Positions 16,748 through 25,577 of a stretch of DNA of 64,000 nucleotides are shown one piece after another; positions within the stretch are counted from its first letter, which is position 1; the number at the start of each line of letters is the position of its first letter. Both the position numbers and the translations under genes were made by a program. The stretch is from a candidate division WS1 bacterium (GTDB taxonomy: Bacteria > Armatimonadota > Zipacnadia > Zipacnadales > UBA5352). The stretch spans positions 1,649 through 65,648 of the forward strand of contig PXBW01000087.1 in assembly GCA_003566775.1 (NCBI GenBank), written 5' to 3'. The notes under the pieces were generated by a model, which worked only from the letters and a program-made list of their open reading frames with translations, did not search any database and was not told the origin of the DNA.

Positions 16748-16962
16748 TGTGCGTGGCGATACCCGCAAGGATCGTGCAGATTGAGGACGATACCGCGACT
16801 GTCGATATCGGCGGCAGCCAGTCCACCGCGCGCGTCGACCTGATCGAGGAAGTTGCGGTCGGCGACTACGTGCTGGTACATGCGGGTTTCGCGATTACCG
16901 TCGTCGATGAAGAGCATGCGCGCGAGACGCTTGCTTTGCTGCGCGAGGCGGGATTGCTGTGA
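16747..16962 (+). CDS. hypC: Hydrogenase maturation chaperone HypC
   Basis: MCVAIPARIVQIED... shows the canonical N-terminal Met-Cys of the HypC/HupF family. The ATG overlaps the hypF stop (TGATG at 16745-16749). The ORF track starts 3 codons earlier at GTG. Confidence 0.9.
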   Translation: MCVAIPARIVQIEDDTATVDIGGSQSTARVDLIEEVAVGDYVLVHAGFAITVVDEEHARETLALLREAGLL

Positions 16963-18032
16963 GTAAGCGCGAGGAAGCAATCGCGGAGAGTCACCGACTC
17001 GCGGTCGAGATATCTGAGGTCTGCGACCGCCCGACCATTCTCATGGAGGTCTGCGGTACTCATGCACATCAGTTTGCGCGCTACGGACTCGCGCAGTTGC
17101 TGCCCGATCACCTTCAGCTTCTCTCAGGTCCCGGTTGCCCTGTCTGCGTTACCTCCGCGAGCGAGATAGATGCCGCCCTGATGCTGGCGCGGCTGTCGGA
17201 CGTCACCGTCGCGACCTTCGGCGACATGATGCGCGTGCCCGGCAGTGATTCCACACTAAGCCGGGAGAAAGCGCGGGGCGCGGATGTGAGAGTGGTCGCT
17301 TCGCCCATCGAAGCAGTTGCGCTTGCCGAGAGGACCGAACATCAGGTAATACTTATCGGGATAGGCTTTGAGACGACTACCCCCGGCGTCGCGGTTGCAG
17401 TGCGCGAGGCGAAAAGGCGCGGTCTGAGCAATTTCACCCTGCTCTGTGCAGGCAAGCGCCTTATACCGGCTCTCGATGCACTCATGGCCGCCGAGGATGT
17501 CTCGCTGGACGGTCTGCTCGGTCCCGGCCACGTCAGCACGATCATCGGTGCCGGGGCCTACCGGGAGTTCGTGATGCGCCACCGGGTACCCTGTGTGATT
17601 GCGGGCTTCGAACCGGTGCAGATGCTGCGCGCTGTGCTGGCGCTTACGAGGCAGCTTCGGGATGGGCGGGCTGAGGTGCAGAATGTGTATCGGGGAGCGG
17701 TCGGTGAGGAGGGGAACACGAAGGCGCTCGCCGCGATCGACGAGGTATTCGAGCCTGCGGATGCCGAGTGGCGCGGGCTCGGAGTGATCCAGGCTGGCGG
17801 TCTTAGACTGCGAGAACGATACACTCAGTTCGACGCACTCACGCGGTTCGAGATCGATCCACCCGACAGCCGCGAACATGCTGAATGTTGCTGCGGCGAG
17901 GTGCTGCGCGGCGCGACTCGACCGCAGGAGTGTTGCGCCTTTGGCATTGCCTGCATCCCTGAGAATCCTCTGGGTCCCTGCATGGTGAGTTCAGAGGGCG
18001 CCTGTGCGGCGGCATACCGCTATGAAGCATGA
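16959..18032 (+). CDS. hypD: Hydrogenase maturation protein HypD
   Basis: GPGCPVCVT and GFETT motifs with a Cys-rich C-terminus. The start overlaps the hypC stop. Confidence 0.95.
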   Translation: MSKREEAIAESHRLAVEISEVCDRPTILMEVCGTHAHQFARYGLAQLLPDHLQLLSGPGCPVCVTSASEIDAALMLARLSDVTVATFGDMMRVPGSDSTLSREKARGADVRVVASPIEAVALAERTEHQVILIGIGFETTTPGVAVAVREAKRRGLSNFTLLCAGKRLIPALDALMAAEDVSLDGLLGPGHVSTIIGAGAYREFVMRHRVPCVIAGFEPVQMLRAVLALTRQLRDGRAEVQNVYRGAVGEEGNTKALAAIDEVFEPADAEWRGLGVIQAGGLRLRERYTQFDALTRFEIDPPDSREHAECCCGEVLRGATRPQECCAFGIACIPENPLGPCMVSSEGACAAAYRYEA

Positions 18033-18047
18033 GCGATTAACCGAGAT

Positions 18048-19103
18048 ATGCCCTCAAATGTCCGCAGATGGTTGAAAGGAATCGGCGTGGCTGGAAAACG
18101 TGACGACATCATCACCCTCGGGCACGGAGGGGGCGGCAGGCTGATGCACGATCTGATTGTGGATGAACTGCTCGTCGTCTCCGATGTCATGACAGAGGAA
18201 GATCTCGAGGACGCGGCGCTTATCGACGACGATCGACTCGTCATCTCCACTGACGGTTTCACCGTGCAACCGCTTTTCTTCCCGGGCGGTGACATCGGAA
18301 AACTCGCCGCCTGTGGCACCATCAACGACGTAGCCATGCGTGGTGCAAGGGTTCGCTGGATGTCCGTTGCGATGATCATCACCGAGGGCTTCGCGCTGGA
18401 CGATCTCCGGCGGATCATCCGCTCGATGCGAGCAGCATGTGAGGCGGACGGCGTGCATGTCGTGACCGGTGACACCAAGGTAGTTGAACGCTCTGCGGCG
18501 GACGGGATCTTCATAACCACCACGGGAGTGGGCGAGCGGTTCGCGGAGCCTGCGCCGAGCGCCACCTCCGCCCGTCCCGGAGACCGCGTCGTTGTGAGCG
18601 GCACTCTCGGTGATCACGGGATCTGCGTCCTGGCGGCGCGTGAGGAGCTTTCACTCAGGCAGGCCATCGAGAGCGATTGCGCATCCCTGCTCTCGCTGAC
18701 CGAAGCGATCATCGACGTTGGGGGGGATGCCGTGCACTGCCTTCGGGACATGACGCGCGGTGGAATGTCGGCCGCGCTCAATGAGATCGCCCTGGCGTCC
18801 GAGGTGTCGATCGAAATCGAAGAGGGAACAATACCGGTGCGCGGCGAAGTACAGGGAGCGTGTGAGCTTCTCGGGATGAGCCCGTTGGAGATTGCCAACG
18901 AGGGTAAGTTGGTGGCGATCTGTGCGCCCGAGGTAACTGACCGGCTGCTTGAAGCATTGCGAAGCCATCCTCATGGCGCGGAGGCGACCATCGTGGGTGA
19001 GGTCGGGGATGGACCGGCGGGACGGGTTATTGCCCGGACACCGCTCGGCACAACGCGACTGGTGGATCTGCCTGCCGGAGAGTTGCTCCCACGCATCTGC
19101 TGA
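18048..19103 (+). CDS. hypE: Hydrogenase maturation protein HypE (thiocyanate-forming ATPase)
   Basis: AIR-synthase-like fold (LGHGGGG...) and the diagnostic C-terminal PRIC. The exact start codon is uncertain. Confidence 0.93.
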   Translation: MPSNVRRWLKGIGVAGKRDDIITLGHGGGGRLMHDLIVDELLVVSDVMTEEDLEDAALIDDDRLVISTDGFTVQPLFFPGGDIGKLAACGTINDVAMRGARVRWMSVAMIITEGFALDDLRRIIRSMRAACEADGVHVVTGDTKVVERSAADGIFITTTGVGERFAEPAPSATSARPGDRVVVSGTLGDHGICVLAAREELSLRQAIESDCASLLSLTEAIIDVGGDAVHCLRDMTRGGMSAALNEIALASEVSIEIEEGTIPVRGEVQGACELLGMSPLEIANEGKLVAICAPEVTDRLLEALRSHPHGAEATIVGEVGDGPAGRVIARTPLGTTRLVDLPAGELLPRIC

Positions 19104-19317
19104 AAGCTCGGCTTATGTGGCATGTGGAAGAAGGGCTGCGACACAGCCCAGAAAGGCTCACTGCCTCCCGTTGCCTGTTGCCGAGACGCCCTGATTAGTG
19201 TATTGTAACGCTTGGCTGGCTGCTCAGAACGAGCGCATTAGCCTGCAGTGCCGGGTTATCGTCGTTGTGACCCGATGGAGCATACGGAGACGTACTCTGA
19301 TTACCTCAGGAGGGGTG

Positions 19318-19851
19318 ATGAAAGTGGCGGATGTCTGTGAAGTAATGGAGCAAGCAATAGAGATGGAAGAGGATGCACAGCACTTCTACCAGAAGGCTGC
19401 CAACGAGGCGAGCAATCCGCTGGCCAAGCGAACCTTTGAGGCGCTCTCCGAGTGGGAAGTTGAACACAGAAAAGTCCTGCAGGAGGTCTTCGAGAAGGCT
19501 GAGGCAACCGGAAGCTGCCCGACGATCAGTGAACTCGACCCCGAGCAGGTTGCGATGATCGAAGAGGCAGAGGACATCTTCAAGACCGCTCTATCGGATG
19601 TTGAGGAGTCTGTGGCGCATGATCCGACCCTCGACGGTGCGTACTCCACCGCGATGGAGAAGGAGCGCAAGGCGATTCGCTTCTACCAAGAGAAGCTTGA
19701 GGAGGCAGACACCGAAAACGAGCGGATGCTCTATGAGTTCTTGCTCGGACAGGAGCGGAGCCACCTGAACCTGTTGGCGACAACTGAGAAGTACCTGAAT
19801 GACACCGCGTACTGGCACTTCGAGCAGGAGCACTGGATCGTTACCGGTTAG
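19318..19851 (+). CDS. Ferritin-like diiron protein (rubrerythrin-domain family)
   Basis: Four-helix-bundle pattern with two ExxH motifs (EWEVEH, QERSH) plus upstream Glu-bearing helices. ATG 19318 is preceded by AGGAGGGG; the ORF-track start at 19198 is probably too long. Confidence 0.7.
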   Translation: MKVADVCEVMEQAIEMEEDAQHFYQKAANEASNPLAKRTFEALSEWEVEHRKVLQEVFEKAEATGSCPTISELDPEQVAMIEEAEDIFKTALSDVEESVAHDPTLDGAYSTAMEKERKAIRFYQEKLEEADTENERMLYEFLLGQERSHLNLLATTEKYLNDTAYWHFEQEHWIVTG

Positions 19852-19959
19852 TTCTACATTACAGCAGACTCGGCCTGCGTCCTCTCCTGATGGCGGACGC
19901 AGGCCGTTCAATTTGCAGAGATGATTCTTCGGACCGACAGGTGCATGGGAGAGTGAAGA

Positions 19960-21459
19960 ATGAAGGGCAAGGCCGGCTCTGAGAAGCTCTGGGGCGGAAG
20001 GTTCTCATCAGACCTCGACGGCGCGATGCTCAGCTTCAGCGAATCCACCGAGGCGGACAGTGAGATGATCGCTGAGGACATCTGGGGCAGTGAGGCCCAC
20101 GCGCTGATGCTGCACGAGTGCGGTATCATCGCCCATGAGGACCTGCGCGAGATCCTGCGCTGGCTGGAGACCGCGCGCGAGAAGTTCGAGGCGGGGGAGC
20201 TTGAGCTCAGGCGCGAACTCGAGGACGTGCATATGAACGTCGAGAGCTTCCTGCGGGAGGGCGCGGGGCCGGAGGCCGGAGGTCGTCTGCACACGGCGCG
20301 GTCGCGCAACGACCAGGTTGTCACCGACTTCCGCATGAGGCTGCGGCGCTACCTGCTGGACATTCGAAGCGGGCTGGCGGAGCTTCGCGGCGCGCTGCTG
20401 GAGCTTGCGCTTAAGCACGCCGAGGACACGATGCCCGGCTTCACGCACACCCAGCACGCGCAGCCGATTACCGTCGGATTCTGGCTGGCGGCACACGCGG
20501 CGGGCCTTGCGCGAGACGAGCAGCGCCTCGCTGGAGCGTACCTGAGGACGAATCAATGCCCGCTTGGGGCCGCCGCGCTCGCGGGGACCTCTTTCCCGAC
20601 CGACCGCGAGCTTACCGCCCGGTTGCTCGGCTTCGATGGTATCGTGTTCAATGCTCTTGACGCGGTGCAGTCGCGGGACTTCGCCATAGAGTCGCTGGCC
20701 GCGCTCAGCGCGCTGATGACCAACCTCTCGCGCATGGCCGAGGAGAGCGTGGTCTTTTCCTCGCCCGCCTTCGGAATGCTCGAAGTTGACGACGCCTTCG
20801 CCACCGGCAGTTCGATCATGCCTCAGAAGAAGAATCCCTGCGCCGGTGAGCTTGCGAGGGCCCGTACCGCAGCGGTGCACGGTCGGCTGATGGAGCTTCT
20901 GACGCTGCTGAAGGCACTGCCGAGCGGGTATAACCGCGACTACCAGAATGACAAGCCCCCGGCGTGGGAGGCCTGCGGGCACGTTGTGGCCACGCTCGAA
21001 GTGATGACCGGGATGTGCAGGACGATGACGCTGAAGACCGATCGGATGGCTGAGCTTGCGGGCGCGGAGTTCGCCTCCGCGACCGAGCTAGCCAACTACC
21101 TCGTTCGCGAGCGCAACGTGCCCTTCCGCGACTGCCATGAACTGGTTGGCTCGCTGGTGGGGGCGCTCGTCGAAGAGGGCGCGACTCTCGACGACCACGA
21201 GCGCGTCGCGCAGATAATGACCGAGCGCGGCCAGGAGATCTCAGCAGATCAGGTGGCGGAGATCGTGGAGCCATCCGCGGTCGTGCGCGCGCAGAAGAGT
21301 CTTGGCTCCACCAACCCCGAGCAGGTGCTGGCATGCGTGGCACAGTTGCGTTGCGATCTCAGTGCGGAGGTGGAGGAGATCGAGGCGGATGCCCAGCACC
21401 TTCAGGATGCGCGCGATGAGACGGCCCGGCGAGTTCGCGAGGTGCTTGACGGCAACTGA
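19960..21459 (+). CDS. argH: Argininosuccinate lyase
   Basis: N-terminal KLWGGRF, the fumarate-lyase signature GSSIMPQKKNP, and overall length and order typical of ArgH. Confidence 0.9.
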   Translation: MKGKAGSEKLWGGRFSSDLDGAMLSFSESTEADSEMIAEDIWGSEAHALMLHECGIIAHEDLREILRWLETAREKFEAGELELRRELEDVHMNVESFLREGAGPEAGGRLHTARSRNDQVVTDFRMRLRRYLLDIRSGLAELRGALLELALKHAEDTMPGFTHTQHAQPITVGFWLAAHAAGLARDEQRLAGAYLRTNQCPLGAAALAGTSFPTDRELTARLLGFDGIVFNALDAVQSRDFAIESLAALSALMTNLSRMAEESVVFSSPAFGMLEVDDAFATGSSIMPQKKNPCAGELARARTAAVHGRLMELLTLLKALPSGYNRDYQNDKPPAWEACGHVVATLEVMTGMCRTMTLKTDRMAELAGAEFASATELANYLVRERNVPFRDCHELVGSLVGALVEEGATLDDHERVAQIMTERGQEISADQVAEIVEPSAVVRAQKSLGSTNPEQVLACVAQLRCDLSAEVEEIEADAQHLQDARDETARRVREVLDGN

Positions 21460-21464
21460 CCCCG

Positions 21465-21495
21465 GACACGATGGCTCCCATCGCGCCATGGTGTC
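21465..21495. terminator. Hairpin between convergent argH and DUF2961 genes (possible bidirectional terminator)
   Basis: gacacgatggc-(9 nt)-gccatggtgtc forms an 11-bp stem with one mismatch. No clear U-tract. Confidence 0.35.
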
Positions 21496-21501
21496 AACTT
21501 C

Positions 21502-23058
21502 TCACGCCGAAGCCGGGGGATCGGCCTTCGGTAGAAGTTCCGTGCCGTCTTCGGCTCGTGCCGAGAAGGCGAAGGCCCAGCCTCCGCGGTTCGCGCCCAT
21601 TTCGTTGGAGAGCTTGAGCACAACCGTGTTTTCTCCGGCACGCAGATCGACGGGGAATGCCTGGGCCCGGAAGGCCGAATGCCGCCCCGCGCGCAGAGGC
21701 TCACCCTTGTTAACCCGCAGTACGAGTTTATCATCCCAGGCGATTTGCATACGGGCACGCATCGCGCGGGGCGCGTCAAGCGTGCAGCGCGCGACGGCCA
21801 CTCCGAGGTCGGTCTGAGCGACTCCGCGCACGCGCGGTCGGAAGACGTGGTTGAAGTCGATGAAACCGCGAGTGGCGTCCCTGCGCACCCAGCGGGCGCG
21901 GTCAAGGCCCGCCGCGACGGACGCCTCCGCCAGCCAGAAGGATTCAGGCGCGTGGCCACCATCGAAGTCACCATCGCCGGGCCTCGCGGTCTCGGCGGGC
22001 AGCGTGGCGTCCATGGCCCGGCCCTGGGCGTTGGCGAACGGTCCACACAGCCACCAGCTTCCGCTATTCGGTGGAGCGATATCATGACTGCCGCGCGGGA
22101 GAAGTCCCTCGTGATCGGCGGGGTTGCGCGGGAGGGCTGCAAGCAGGTCCCACGAGGGCAGGTGGAAGAACTGTCGCGGAGGGGCCTCGGCGTACCAGTA
22201 GGTCGTGGCGCATATGTCGTTCGCCATTGAGCCGAAGCGCAGGTGCAGTGACTCGCGGAAGTCGATGGTGTCTTCGTTGAAGAAGCGGTACCCGACCACG
22301 CGCTGGGCGGGTCGGGCCTCGCCGACATCCTCGTGGACATAGTAGGGCATCCCCGTGTGCAGGTGTGTCTCCGGCTCATGCAGCGCGCCACCGTATGACG
22401 TGCCGAACTCGTCCTCACCGCCGATGCCGCGGAGATAAGCGGGGTACTCCCCGCGGCCATCGATGTAGCCGTTGAGAGCGCCGCCGTGGCTCCAGCGATC
22501 GGTGTCATCAAGCAGACGCACGCCGTAAACGAAGCCCATCAGGCGGCCCGGCCCGTCCGCGTCAACCATGACGAAATCCTCGCCATGGGCCTGTGCGGGC
22601 GCCTCCCTCCTCCAGCGTGCGCAGAAGCGCCGCGGCTCGGCGAGAGCGTCCTCAGGGTAGCGATGCCAGTCCACCATCAGGTAAACCCGATGTGATTGCC
22701 CGCCGCCCTCGAACTCGATGCGCGCGGATTGCGCGAAAGGCATCGGAAAGTAACAGTTGTATCCGCTCTGATCCTGCAGGGACAGCCAGCGTGTGTTGAA
22801 CGGATACGACTTCCGCCCGTGCATCGCGCCGAAGAAGTCGCCCACCGGCGCCTCGACGAAAGGATCGTGATGGTCTTCGAAGTATATGCGGATCACCGCG
22901 AGGCGATTCGCGACATCCTCGCGCGTCATCGTCACCCAGATATGTCGAATGCAACCGGGCCCCTCAAGCTCGGCCCAGGTGTCGCGCATTCCGGCTTCCA
23001 GCGTTCGTACCACGCTTACGCGATCTGACACGGCGAACTCAGGCAGATCGAGATTCAT
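21502..23058 (-). CDS. DUF2961-like protein (GH172-type glycosidase family candidate) with C-terminal extension
   Basis: The N-terminal region ...WAELEGPGCIRHIWVTMT...IRIYFEDHHDPFVEAPVGDFFG resembles the conserved DUF2961 core as I remember it. Confidence 0.6.
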   Translation of the reverse strand: MNLDLPEFAVSDRVSVVRTLEAGMRDTWAELEGPGCIRHIWVTMTREDVANRLAVIRIYFEDHHDPFVEAPVGDFFGAMHGRKSYPFNTRWLSLQDQSGYNCYFPMPFAQSARIEFEGGGQSHRVYLMVDWHRYPEDALAEPRRFCARWRREAPAQAHGEDFVMVDADGPGRLMGFVYGVRLLDDTDRWSHGGALNGYIDGRGEYPAYLRGIGGEDEFGTSYGGALHEPETHLHTGMPYYVHEDVGEARPAQRVVGYRFFNEDTIDFRESLHLRFGSMANDICATTYWYAEAPPRQFFHLPSWDLLAALPRNPADHEGLLPRGSHDIAPPNSGSWWLCGPFANAQGRAMDATLPAETARPGDGDFDGGHAPESFWLAEASVAAGLDRARWVRRDATRGFIDFNHVFRPRVRGVAQTDLGVAVARCTLDAPRAMRARMQIAWDDKLVLRVNKGEPLRAGRHSAFRAQAFPVDLRAGENTVVLKLSNEMGANRGGWAFAFSARAEDGTELLPKADPPASA

Positions 23059-23093
23059 CGCAAACCTCCCTTAGAGGATGAAGACGTAAGGCC

Positions 23094-24185
23094 CTATGCC
23101 TGCACTCTCGGGATCGTGAAGAAGAAACTACTGCCCTCTCCGACCTCGCTGGTCACTCCGACGGTTCCGCCATGGGCCTCCACCGCAAGTTTCACGAATG
23201 CCAGTCCCAGGCCCGTGCCATGTTTCTTCCGGCCTCCCTCAAGCTGTGCGAACTTACGAAAGAGCATTTTCTGCTCATCCCTGGGAATTCCGGGTCCTGT
23301 GTCTGCGACACGAACCTCTACCTCTCCGCCATCAGCGGCGGCGGAGACCTCGACGGTTCCGCCCGGGGGGGTGAACTTGATGGCGTTGCCGAGCAGGTTC
23401 ACCAGAACGCGCCTGATCAGGTCCCTGTCAGCCTCGAGGGTCAGCGCTTCCTCGATCTTCATTCGGATCTGCAGGTCACCCTGGCGCGCGAGGTGTCCCA
23501 CCCGATCGAGGGTGGTGCTCACAAGCTCACGCAGATCGAAACTGGTGCACTGCGGCTTCAGTTCCCCGGCCTCCATCTTCGAGATGTCCAGCAGGTTACT
23601 GATCATGTCCGCAAGCTCCTGTCCCGCAACTATCGCCTCCGGGAGGAACTCGCGCGAGATCTCATCATCGTATTCGGTGGCCTCCACCGTCTGGAGTCCC
23701 GAGATGATATTTGTCAGCGGGGTGCGCATGTCGTGCACTATCATGTGCGTCAGATCGTCACGAAGCTGCTGAAGCTCGCGGAGCTTCTCGTTAGCCCGCT
23801 GAAGCTGGCTCGCCCGCTCTTCGAGTTCGTTGTAGAGCGCACGTGTATTGGCGAGCGTGCGGATTCGGGCAAGTAATTTGTACTCGCGCACCGGTGTGCT
23901 GATTACATCGGCCGCCCCCGCGATGAGCGCCTGCTCCTCGTCGGTTGCGTCGTATGCCGGAGTGGTTACGATCACCGTGCAAGGTCCCTCCGCACTTTCC
24001 CGGATGCGACGGGCGATCTCGTAGCCGCTGATATCGCGCAGGATGGCGTCGATGACCGTTACATCTGGCTCCTCGCGATTGAAGGTCTCAAGAGCCTGCG
24101 CGGGCCGTGCCGATGTGACCTCGTACCCCGCCCGGTCGAGCACATTGAGGATCGCGCGATCTACCTCCGGGCGGTCGGTCACCAT
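23094..24185 (-). CDS. Hybrid receiver-histidine kinase (N-terminal REC, C-terminal HisKA/HATPase)
   Basis: REC domain: ALMVTDRPEV...DVTVIDAILRDISG. H-box HMIVHDMRTPLTNI, N-box LVNLLGNAIKFT, G-boxes DTGPGIP and GTGLGLAF. ATG 24185 is chosen so that REC beta-1 is included; the ORF-track start at 24449 is off-frame junk over the nitroreductase gene. Confidence 0.85.
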   Translation of the reverse strand: MVTDRPEVDRAILNVLDRAGYEVTSARPAQALETFNREEPDVTVIDAILRDISGYEIARRIRESAEGPCTVIVTTPAYDATDEEQALIAGAADVISTPVREYKLLARIRTLANTRALYNELEERASQLQRANEKLRELQQLRDDLTHMIVHDMRTPLTNIISGLQTVEATEYDDEISREFLPEAIVAGQELADMISNLLDISKMEAGELKPQCTSFDLRELVSTTLDRVGHLARQGDLQIRMKIEEALTLEADRDLIRRVLVNLLGNAIKFTPPGGTVEVSAAADGGEVEVRVADTGPGIPRDEQKMLFRKFAQLEGGRKKHGTGLGLAFVKLAVEAHGGTVGVTSEVGEGSSFFFTIPRVQA

Positions 24186-24843
24186 CAGTGCGCTCCCCGG
24201 CGCCCGGACGGGCGCGCGCCATCTCGGAGATATCGACCTGCCGAGCCCCCGGCAGATCATCCGCCTCTCTGCGGGCAAAACCTCGCCACGACACCGCCGG
24301 GAACTGTTTGCGCGTCCGTTCGCCGTCTTCCGCGTAGCCGAGCGGGACAAGCCCCACCAGCGTATGGTAGGGGGCCTCAAGCAGATGACAGATCTCATCG
24401 GCCAGATAGAGCGCCCCTGTGACATAGCAACTCGCCAGCCCCAGCGCATGGGCCGCGATCATGAGATTCTGAATCGCGCAGGCGGCTGAAGCGATGGAAA
24501 GCTCAGCGCCCTCGTGCTCGATTTCGGTGAGAGCTACCACAAGCACGGCAGCGTCCTCGATCATCGGCATCAGCGAGGAGGCCCATCGCAGAATCTGCCG
24601 CGAGGGTCCGTCCGACAGGGTCGGCAGCACCTCCGCAAGCCGCTCTCTGAGGAAGTCTGTGAGGCGCGCCTTCTCCTGCCCCGCAAGCACGATGAAAGCG
24701 CGCTCGTCCCGTTCCGTCCCGTAGGGCGCCCAGCATGCCGCGTCAATCACCTGCTCCAGAACATCATCGGGAATCGGCTCATCCCTGAACCGCCGGATGG
24801 ATCTGCGTCCACGTATCGCCTCGAGTGCGTCGATCACAATCAC
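24088..24843 (-). CDS. Nitroreductase-family protein (C-terminal ~45 aa doubtful)
   Basis: Typical N-terminus AIRGRRSIRRFRDEPIPDDVLEQVIDAACWAP and core NLMIAAHALGLASCYV. The tail after ...RKQFPAVSWRGFA is low-complexity and overlaps the kinase start by 98 nt. Confidence 0.8.
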   Translation of the reverse strand: MIVIDALEAIRGRRSIRRFRDEPIPDDVLEQVIDAACWAPYGTERDERAFIVLAGQEKARLTDFLRERLAEVLPTLSDGPSRQILRWASSLMPMIEDAAVLVVALTEIEHEGAELSIASAACAIQNLMIAAHALGLASCYVTGALYLADEICHLLEAPYHTLVGLVPLGYAEDGERTRKQFPAVSWRGFARREADDLPGARQVDISEMARARPGAGERTDGDRPPGGRSRDPQCARPGGVRGHIGTARAGS

Positions 24844-25079
24844 TCCTCGGTGAGTCTCGGTGCGGCGAGCGCCCTTCTGACCATGCGGGCAGCGCCCAGC
24901 GCGGATGAATCAAGTTGCTGGAAAAGCTTCCTCCACTGATGTATGATGCTCCCGTGGCGATCGAGTCCCTCGCGGCACCATACGGGTGTGCAGTTCGTCT
25001 CGACGGAGAGGAAGCCCTGCAAAGAGGCGCAATCCATCATGACCGTGCTCGTCCCCGGCATCGAAGAGGTGTTACGACC

Positions 25080-25352
25080 ATGCTCACGCGGAGCGGCAGC
25101 AGCCCCTTCTCAGCAATCGCAACAATGATACTGTTCGGGCTTTGCGTGGCCGTGTCTGTGGCTGAAGATGGCCCTGCCGATCGGTGGGATCCTACCTCGG
25201 TGGAGGATGGCGCCTTCGACCTGCTGAAGGCGGCTTCTCGGGTGTCGGCGAGGGCGGACACCCCGATGCCCTGCTCTCCACCGCTGGAGGACGCCGTGTT
25301 GCCACATGTCGGCGAGATCGCCGCAACTATCCGGGAGATGGTGAGGGGTTAA
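25080..25352 (+). CDS. Small hypothetical exported protein
   Basis: MLTRSGSSPFSAIATMILFGLCVAVSVAEDG looks like a signal peptide. There is no recognisable domain, so this is a weak call. Confidence 0.3.
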   Translation: MLTRSGSSPFSAIATMILFGLCVAVSVAEDGPADRWDPTSVEDGAFDLLKAASRVSARADTPMPCSPPLEDAVLPHVGEIAATIREMVRG

Positions 25353-25577
25353 CCAGACCGACGGTCAGCAGCCCGGCCGTTGAGGTTCGCCGTTGCCGTT
25401 GGAGGGGCCGACGCAGGCTCCAGCGTCGTTCGCTGGAGACGAAGTCCGGTCCGGCAGTTGAAGTCGTTGTTGATGTCGTTTATCGTCTGCCGTCTTGCCG
25501 CTGAATCGGACGCCGGGCGGCATACGAGGACCGCCTTTCCTTAACGGCTTCGTGGCTATCGCGCCCACCCTCTGCTC

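Noticed and set aside
20008-22511. Long antisense ORFs over argH (20008-20982) and the DUF2961 gene (21402-22511)
   Set aside because: They are opposite strongly supported genes (GSSIMPQKKNP signature; DUF2961 core) and are low-complexity Arg/Pro/Ser/Ala-rich.
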